Of a stretch of DNA of 64,000 bases, positions 59,086 through 64,000 are shown in pieces. This DNA is from Candidatus Moraniibacteriota bacterium (GTDB lineage: Bacteria > Patescibacteriota > Minisyncoccia > Moranbacterales > UBA9337). The notes beneath the pieces are model-generated. The model ran no database searches, was not told where the DNA came from, and worked only from the letters and a program-made list of their open reading frames with translations. The stretch is taken from positions 1,099-65,098 of the forward strand of contig JALSQF010000007.1 in assembly GCA_026985555.1 (NCBI GenBank). Reading direction: 5' to 3'. The position numbers were made by a program, and so were the translations under genes. Within the stretch, counting starts at the first letter, position 1, and the number at the start of each line of letters is the position of its first letter.

Positions 59086-59484
59086 ATGCTATTTAATGTT
59101 CCTCAGTTTGTTGATATAGAAGATAAAATAGTAGGGCCCTTTACTGCTAAGCAGTTGCTTTGGATGTTTGGTATGGCTGCTGTTTTATTAATTGTATGGA
59201 ATGTTTTTGATCAAAAAACTTTTTGGATTTCAAGTATTCCTATTGTTTTACTTTTTTTAGCGTTAGCTTTTTATCGTCCTTTTGGATTGCCTTTTATTAA
59301 ATTTATTTTTCTAACAATCTTATTTTTAATAAGACCTAAGGTGTATGTTTGGCAGAGAGAGGTAGGTCCCATAAGAAAAAATCTGGTTGAAAATTTAGAA
59401 AAAGTTTCTAAGAAAAAGAAAAAAACTAAAAAATTTGAAACAAAAAAAGCGAAACAAATAGCTCAGTTAATGGATAAATACTAA
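59086..59484 (+). CDS. PrgI/VirB3-like small membrane protein
   Basis: 132 aa with two TM helices after a short N-terminus (GPFTAKQLLWMFGMAAVLLIV). Size, topology and its position directly upstream of VirB4 match VirB3/PrgI/TcpE-like proteins. Confidence 0.4.
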   Translation: MLFNVPQFVDIEDKIVGPFTAKQLLWMFGMAAVLLIVWNVFDQKTFWISSIPIVLLFLALAFYRPFGLPFIKFIFLTILFLIRPKVYVWQREVGPIRKNLVENLEKVSKKKKKTKKFETKKAKQIAQLMDKY

Positions 59485-59513
59485 TTTATTATTTATTGGT
59501 AAATAATTATTTT

Positions 59514-60197
59514 ATGAAATTATTTAAAAAGAAAGCAACTAAAAATCCAGCCATTAGCACTCAACGTTATGTAGACGTGGATAGTGTCAAGGATAATGTG
59601 ATTATTTTAAAAAATGGTTCTTTAAGAGCGGTTTTAATGGTGTCTTCTATAAATTTTGATTTAAAATCTGCTGAGGAGCAGGATGCTATTATTGCGAGTT
59701 ATCAAAATTTTCTTAATTCTTTAGATTTCTCTGTGCAAATTATAGTCAACTCTCGTCGTTTTGATATTAACCCTTATTTGAAAATGTTAAGAGAAAAAGA
59801 AATGTTACAAGAAAATGAATTATTAAAAATGCAAATAGCTGAATATCATGATTTTATTAAAAGTCTAGTAGATGTTTCTCAAATAATGTCAAAAATGTTT
59901 TATATAGTTGTTCCTTTTTATCCAGTGGAGAATAAAAAAGGTGGTATAATAGATAGAATTACAAATGTAATTATGCCTGAAAAAAAATTTATTTTTAATA
60001 AAGAAATTTTTGAAACGTATAAAAATCAGCTTTGGCAAAGAGTGGAGCAGGTACAGACAGCTTTGAATGGAACAGGAATTAGAATGGTTTTATTAAAAAC
60101 GGACGAATTAATAGAGTTATTGTATAATTCTTATAATCCATCTTTAGAGAGATATAGTACACTTAAAGATGTGGATAAGTTAGATTTTGAAATTTAA
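59514..60197 (+). CDS. VirB4 N-terminal-domain-like protein (possible split VirB4)
   Basis: DNVIILKNGSLRAVLMVSSINFDLKSAEEQDAIIASYQNFLNSLDFSVQIIVNSRR resembles the conserved N-terminal domain of VirB4/TrbE/CagE ATPases. The track ORF starts at a TTG (59496), so the ATG at 59514 is preferred. Confidence 0.45.
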   Translation: MKLFKKKATKNPAISTQRYVDVDSVKDNVIILKNGSLRAVLMVSSINFDLKSAEEQDAIIASYQNFLNSLDFSVQIIVNSRRFDINPYLKMLREKEMLQENELLKMQIAEYHDFIKSLVDVSQIMSKMFYIVVPFYPVENKKGGIIDRITNVIMPEKKFIFNKEIFETYKNQLWQRVEQVQTALNGTGIRMVLLKTDELIELLYNSYNPSLERYSTLKDVDKLDFEI

Positions 60198-60229
60198 TGT
60201 TTTAAATAATTATTTATTTAATTTTTATA

Positions 60230-62083
60230 GTGGTTATGTTTTTTAGCGAAAAGAAGCCTAAAACAAAAAAAGAAATAGAAACAATGGATGCCATTTCAGC
60301 TAATGAGAGTTTATATAAAGAAGGATTAAGCACCTTGCGTGATTTAATTGCCCCAGCTGCTATTAAAACTGCTCCTCAATATGTAGAAATAGGTGATGCT
60401 TTTTCTAAAACGATTTTTGTAATGACCTATCCTAAATTTTTAAATACAAACTGGTTTTCTCCCATTATTAATATTGATTTTCCTCTAAATATTGCTATGT
60501 TCATACATCCAATGGAAACAGCTGACGTTTTAAGAAATTTGAGAAAAAGTGCTACCCAAGTGCAATCTCAAATAAATATAGAAGCTGAAGAGGGAAAAAT
60601 TCGTAATCCAGTTTTAGAATCAGCTCTTACTAATATAGAGGATTTGCGAGATAAACTGCAACAAGGAACAGAAAGGTTTTTTCGTTTTGGTCTTTATATC
60701 ACTGTTTTTGGTGAAGATTTAAGTGAAGCAGAGAAAAATATTGCTTCGGTAGAAACTATTTTAGAAGCCCAATTAGTTTATACTAAACCAGCTATTATGA
60801 GAATGGAGCAGGGGTTGATTTCAACCATACCTTTAGGTGAGGACAAATTAGATGCAGCTAATAATTTAAACACTTCTCCTTTATCTACCACTTTTCCTTT
60901 TGTTTCTTCCGATTTAACTTCTAATCAGGGAATTTTATATGGAATCAATCGTCATAATAATAGCCTTATTTTATTTGATCGTTTTGAAATGGAAAATGCT
61001 AATATGGTTATTTTTGCTAAATCAGGAGCAGGAAAAAGTTATATGGTTAAATTAGAAATTCTAAGATCAATGATGCTGGATACCGATATTATCGTAATTG
61101 ATCCCGAAAATGAATATAAGCATTTAAGTGAAACAGTGGGAGGTTCTTTTGTAAAGATTTCTCTTAATTCTAAAGTGCATCTTAATCCATTTGATTTACC
61201 CAAACCCAGAAAAGATGAGGATAATGCAGATATTTTTAGGTCTAGCGTAGCTCAATTAATTGGTTTGTTACATATTATGTTAGGTTCGGTAACTCCTGAA
61301 GAAGATTCTATATTAGATGAAGCTATTAGAGAAACTTATGCAGTTAGAGATATAACTCCAGAAAGTAATTTTAATATTTTAACTAAAGATGCTTTTCCTA
61401 CAATGACAGATCTTTATGAAGTTTTACGTAACATGGATGGAGCTGAATCCTTAACTCAACGTTTAAAAAAATATACGGAAGGAATTTTTGCTGGATTTAC
61501 TAATCATCATACTAATATAGAAATAAATAATCAATTGATGGTATTTAATATTAGAGATTTAGAAGATGAATTAAGGCCAGTGGCAATGCATTTAATTATG
61601 CAATATGTTTGGAACGAAATGAGAAGTGAATTGAGAAAAAGATTGTTAATAGTAGATGAGGCTTGGATAATGATGCGACATGAAGATGCAGCCGCTTTTT
61701 TCTTTAGTATAGCTAAACGTTGTCGTAAGTATTATACGGGATTAACTACTATTACACAGGATATTAATGATTTTATGACATCTAGATATGGAAAACCTAT
61801 TATAACCAACTCTTCTTTACAAGTACTTTTAAGACAATCTCCAGCTTCTATTGATACCATTACTGAAACTTTTTACCTTACTGAACAAGAAAAATTTTTA
61901 CTTTTAGAAAGTAACGTAGGAGAAGGAATATTTTTTGCTGGCAATAAGCATGCAGCAATAAAAGTGGTTGCTTCTTACAGTGAAGATCAAATTATAACTT
62001 CTGATCCACGTCAATTATTAGAAATAGAAGAGGCTAAAAAAGAATTAGAAGAGGAAGATGAGCATTTTGAAGAAAGAAAATAA
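60230..62083 (+). CDS. VirB4-family type IV secretion ATPase (central plus C-terminal ATPase domains)
   Basis: Central VEIGDAFSKTIFVMTYPKFLNTNWFSPIINIDF region, Walker A AKSGAGKSY, and the VirB4-type Walker B LLIVDEAWIMM (the DEAW motif). GTG start per the ORF track. Confidence 0.7.
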   Translation: MVMFFSEKKPKTKKEIETMDAISANESLYKEGLSTLRDLIAPAAIKTAPQYVEIGDAFSKTIFVMTYPKFLNTNWFSPIINIDFPLNIAMFIHPMETADVLRNLRKSATQVQSQINIEAEEGKIRNPVLESALTNIEDLRDKLQQGTERFFRFGLYITVFGEDLSEAEKNIASVETILEAQLVYTKPAIMRMEQGLISTIPLGEDKLDAANNLNTSPLSTTFPFVSSDLTSNQGILYGINRHNNSLILFDRFEMENANMVIFAKSGAGKSYMVKLEILRSMMLDTDIIVIDPENEYKHLSETVGGSFVKISLNSKVHLNPFDLPKPRKDEDNADIFRSSVAQLIGLLHIMLGSVTPEEDSILDEAIRETYAVRDITPESNFNILTKDAFPTMTDLYEVLRNMDGAESLTQRLKKYTEGIFAGFTNHHTNIEINNQLMVFNIRDLEDELRPVAMHLIMQYVWNEMRSELRKRLLIVDEAWIMMRHEDAAAFFFSIAKRCRKYYTGLTTITQDINDFMTSRYGKPIITNSSLQVLLRQSPASIDTITETFYLTEQEKFLLLESNVGEGIFFAGNKHAAIKVVASYSEDQIITSDPRQLLEIEEAKKELEEEDEHFEERK

Positions 62084-62099
62084 AAATAAATTTTAAATT

Positions 62100-62492
62100 A
62101 TGTTTTTGGGACTACCTTTTTCAATTGCTATATTTTATATAGTAGCTCTGGCAATAGCCATACTAAAAGATTTATTAGATTTGGTTTTTATAACATCTCT
62201 TCCTGGTATTGGATCTATTTTAACTTTGCTTTTTTCTGGTTTAATATTCATTCTTATTTTTTTAGCTGGAATAATGGGTATAATTTTAGGCAAAGGAAAA
62301 ACGAAAATAAGTTCTACTATGAGGTTTTTAAGGTTTTTGAAACGTTTCGGAGTATTTTTAGGAGGAACAGTTACAGAGGAGCTGTTGGGTTTAAATTTTT
62401 TTCCTTTTGAAACAGTTACAGTAGCAATAATTATGTGGATGCATGGTCATTCCTATAAGAAAGCCAAAAAAGAAAAAAACCAAGGTAGTTAA
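62100..62492 (+). CDS. Small polytopic membrane protein
   Basis: 130 aa, about four TM helices, basic C-terminus. Confidence 0.3.
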   Translation: MFLGLPFSIAIFYIVALAIAILKDLLDLVFITSLPGIGSILTLLFSGLIFILIFLAGIMGIILGKGKTKISSTMRFLRFLKRFGVFLGGTVTEELLGLNFFPFETVTVAIIMWMHGHSYKKAKKEKNQGS

Positions 62493-62518
62493 TTATTCTA
62501 ATTTTAAAATAATAGCAG

Positions 62519-63196
62519 ATGAGAAAAAATATAGAGAAAAAAATAAAACCGTTAGATAAAAAATTTTTTTTCGTTTCCATTTTTTTCCTAATTTTGATTT
62601 TAATAAGTCAATATTATCCTATAAATAAGGACGACACTTTTCAAAATATTAGTTTAGCTATTGTTTTTATGTTGGTAATACCTATTTTATTTATTAAAAT
62701 AGTTCTCAAAGAAAAACTAGAAAGCTATGGCTTTAAATTAATAACCAAAAAGAAAGTAATTTTTAATATTATATTGTTTTTAATGATTGTTCTAGTGTTA
62801 TTTTTAGCACTATTTAAATATATTTTAATTAAGCAAAATTATAATTTACCTCTTATTTTTCATCAATATTTTCTCTCCTTTTTTCTTTTAGAGTTTTTAG
62901 TTATGTCCCTAGTTTTATTATTGATAGAAGTTTTTTTCAGAGGCGTTATTCAGTTTTTTTTAGAACAATATTTTAGTTCAATAAAAGCTATATTATTGCA
63001 ATCAATATTATTTTTTCTTCTTTTGTATTTTTCTGGCTCAAAAAATGAAATATTAGAATGGCCTTTTTTACAATTGATTTTAATAGCTCCTCTAGCTGGT
63101 TGGATTGCTAAAGAAAGTAAATCCTGGTTTTATTCTTGGCTATTTAGTTGGTTATTTATGATTTTAAGTGATGCAATTATTATTTATTTTAAATAA
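62519..63196 (+). CDS. CPBP-family (CAAX protease / Abi) intramembrane metalloprotease-like protein
   Basis: Polytopic. LLIEVFFRGVIQ matches CPBP motif 1 (EExxxR with FRG). Confidence 0.4.
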   Translation: MRKNIEKKIKPLDKKFFFVSIFFLILILISQYYPINKDDTFQNISLAIVFMLVIPILFIKIVLKEKLESYGFKLITKKKVIFNIILFLMIVLVLFLALFKYILIKQNYNLPLIFHQYFLSFFLLEFLVMSLVLLLIEVFFRGVIQFFLEQYFSSIKAILLQSILFFLLLYFSGSKNEILEWPFLQLILIAPLAGWIAKESKSWFYSWLFSWLFMILSDAIIIYFK

Positions 63197-63255
63197 GTTG
63201 TCAATAAATAAAAAAAAGGTTAAAATAAAAATAAAGAAAATATAAAAAACAAAAT

Positions 63256-64000
63256 ATGAAAAAAATAATAAAAATAAACTCAATCTTTTTCATAATTTTT
63301 GTAGGGATTTTTTTAAATTTTAAAAATGTTTCAGCTATTGTTGTGCATAGTATCACTAGATCAGCTGTAATGGACGTAATACGTTATACAGAAGATCATT
63401 ATCATATTGATGATAATAGTGTGAGAGATTCTATGGAAAGAATGAATGTAGCTAATCGGAAAGGATCAGCGCCAGAAGTTAAACTCTTTTTTTCTCCTAG
63501 TGACCCTAAGCCAGGAGAAAAAATAACCGCTACTGCTTTACCGATGTATTTTTCTCAACCTAAAGAGAAATCTTATTTTACTTGGTATTTAAAACAAAAA
63601 GGGTGTGATTTATGTGAAAATAATTCTACTGTGAATAGATGTTCTTCTATGCAATTAAAAAAATGTGATGAAAATAAAGATAATAGAGTTACCGTAGAAG
63701 ACTGGAAAATAACAGCTATGAAAATAATTGCTCAAAATGGTTTTGACAAAAATACAGAGGGTAAAAATAATACTGATGATGATGGTTACCGTGCTCATTT
63801 AGGAGGAGATACTAATCGTCGTCCTACTTTTGGATATCATTGTTTTTTACATGACTTTAATAATGGAAAAAATTATGAAATGATAAATCATTGTGAGCAT
63901 ATTTTTCCTAATGCTTTATTGTTTAGGGATGGAAGGACGCATCACTATGTAACAGGAGACGGAGTTTTTGGTAAAGATGAAGAATCTTTTTGGGGGACTG
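63256..64000 (+). CDS. Secreted Cys-rich protein (partial, runs off the window end)
   Basis: ATG at 63256 with a signal peptide (MKKIIKINSIFFIIFVGIFLNFKNVSA). Open to the end of the window. Multiple Cys/His (CDLCEN, HCFLHDF, HCEH). Confidence 0.4.
   Translation, partial: MKKIIKINSIFFIIFVGIFLNFKNVSAIVVHSITRSAVMDVIRYTEDHYHIDDNSVRDSMERMNVANRKGSAPEVKLFFSPSDPKPGEKITATALPMYFSQPKEKSYFTWYLKQKGCDLCENNSTVNRCSSMQLKKCDENKDNRVTVEDWKITAMKIIAQNGFDKNTEGKNNTDDDGYRAHLGGDTNRRPTFGYHCFLHDFNNGKNYEMINHCEHIFPNALLFRDGRTHHYVTGDGVFGKDEESFWGT

Noticed and set aside
49097-64000. Integrative element inserted at tRNA-Lys carrying the T4SS cluster
   Set aside because: No integrase, no direct repeat of the tRNA 3' end, and core genes (rpmB, site-2 protease, mpg, wecA-like) lie between the tRNA and the T4SS genes. 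The tRNA's 3' end faces away from the cluster.
1-64000. CRISPR arrays
   Set aside because: No regularly spaced direct repeats of 24-48 bp were seen. The only exact multi-copy repeat is the three-member palindrome family, which is not arrayed.

Overview
The window is 64 kb of very AT-rich bacterial DNA, roughly 30% GC, and its gene content points to a reduced, probably episymbiotic Candidate Phyla Radiation (Patescibacteria-type) genome. The basis is small basic proteins, lysine-rich tails, a type-2 isoleucyl-tRNA synthetase, many cell-surface genes and almost no metabolism; this is inference from gene content. From start to end the window holds the following.

- **Housekeeping block (0.4-10 kb):** YraN, DksA-like, LspA, ComM, RuvX, Dus and PBP2.
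- **Surface glycan island (4-18 kb):** GT2, two GT4, a GT39/ArnT-like transferase, a Wzx-like flippase and two O-antigen-ligase-like proteins.
- **Secreted SGNH-like protein** with a lysine-rich tail (18.3-19.8 kb).
- **ileS locus (20.7-24.2 kb):** ileS sits between two perfect 40-bp palindromic repeats, and its product carries a complete phosphoglycerate-mutase-type histidine-phosphatase domain inside the zinc-knuckle insertion.
- **25-31 kb:** a lytic-transglycosylase/coiled-coil protein, a SIMPL-domain protein, an RNase-H-like 3'-5' exonuclease, two charged proteins and a membrane-anchored VirD4/TraD-like coupling ATPase.
- **ClpC-like chaperone** on the minus strand (31.4-33.9 kb).
- **Type IV pilus locus (34-45.5 kb):** PilM, PilN, PilO, PilB, a CheY-like receiver, PilT, PilC, two paralogous Cys-rich pilins, PilD and three minor pilins.
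- **45.5-54.8 kb:** TypA/BipA, tRNA-Lys(UUU), rpmB (missed by the ORF track), a site-2 protease, Mpg, WecA-like transferase and a stand-alone ComEC-type metallo-beta-lactamase.
- **Gram-positive-style type IV secretion cluster (55-64 kb):** a VirB6-like protein, a VirB3/PrgI-like protein and a VirB4 ATPase encoded as two ORFs (a VirB4 N-terminal domain ORF plus the ATPase ORF).

Coordinates I derived by hand (tRNA, rpmB, terminators, repeats) may be off by 1-2 nt.
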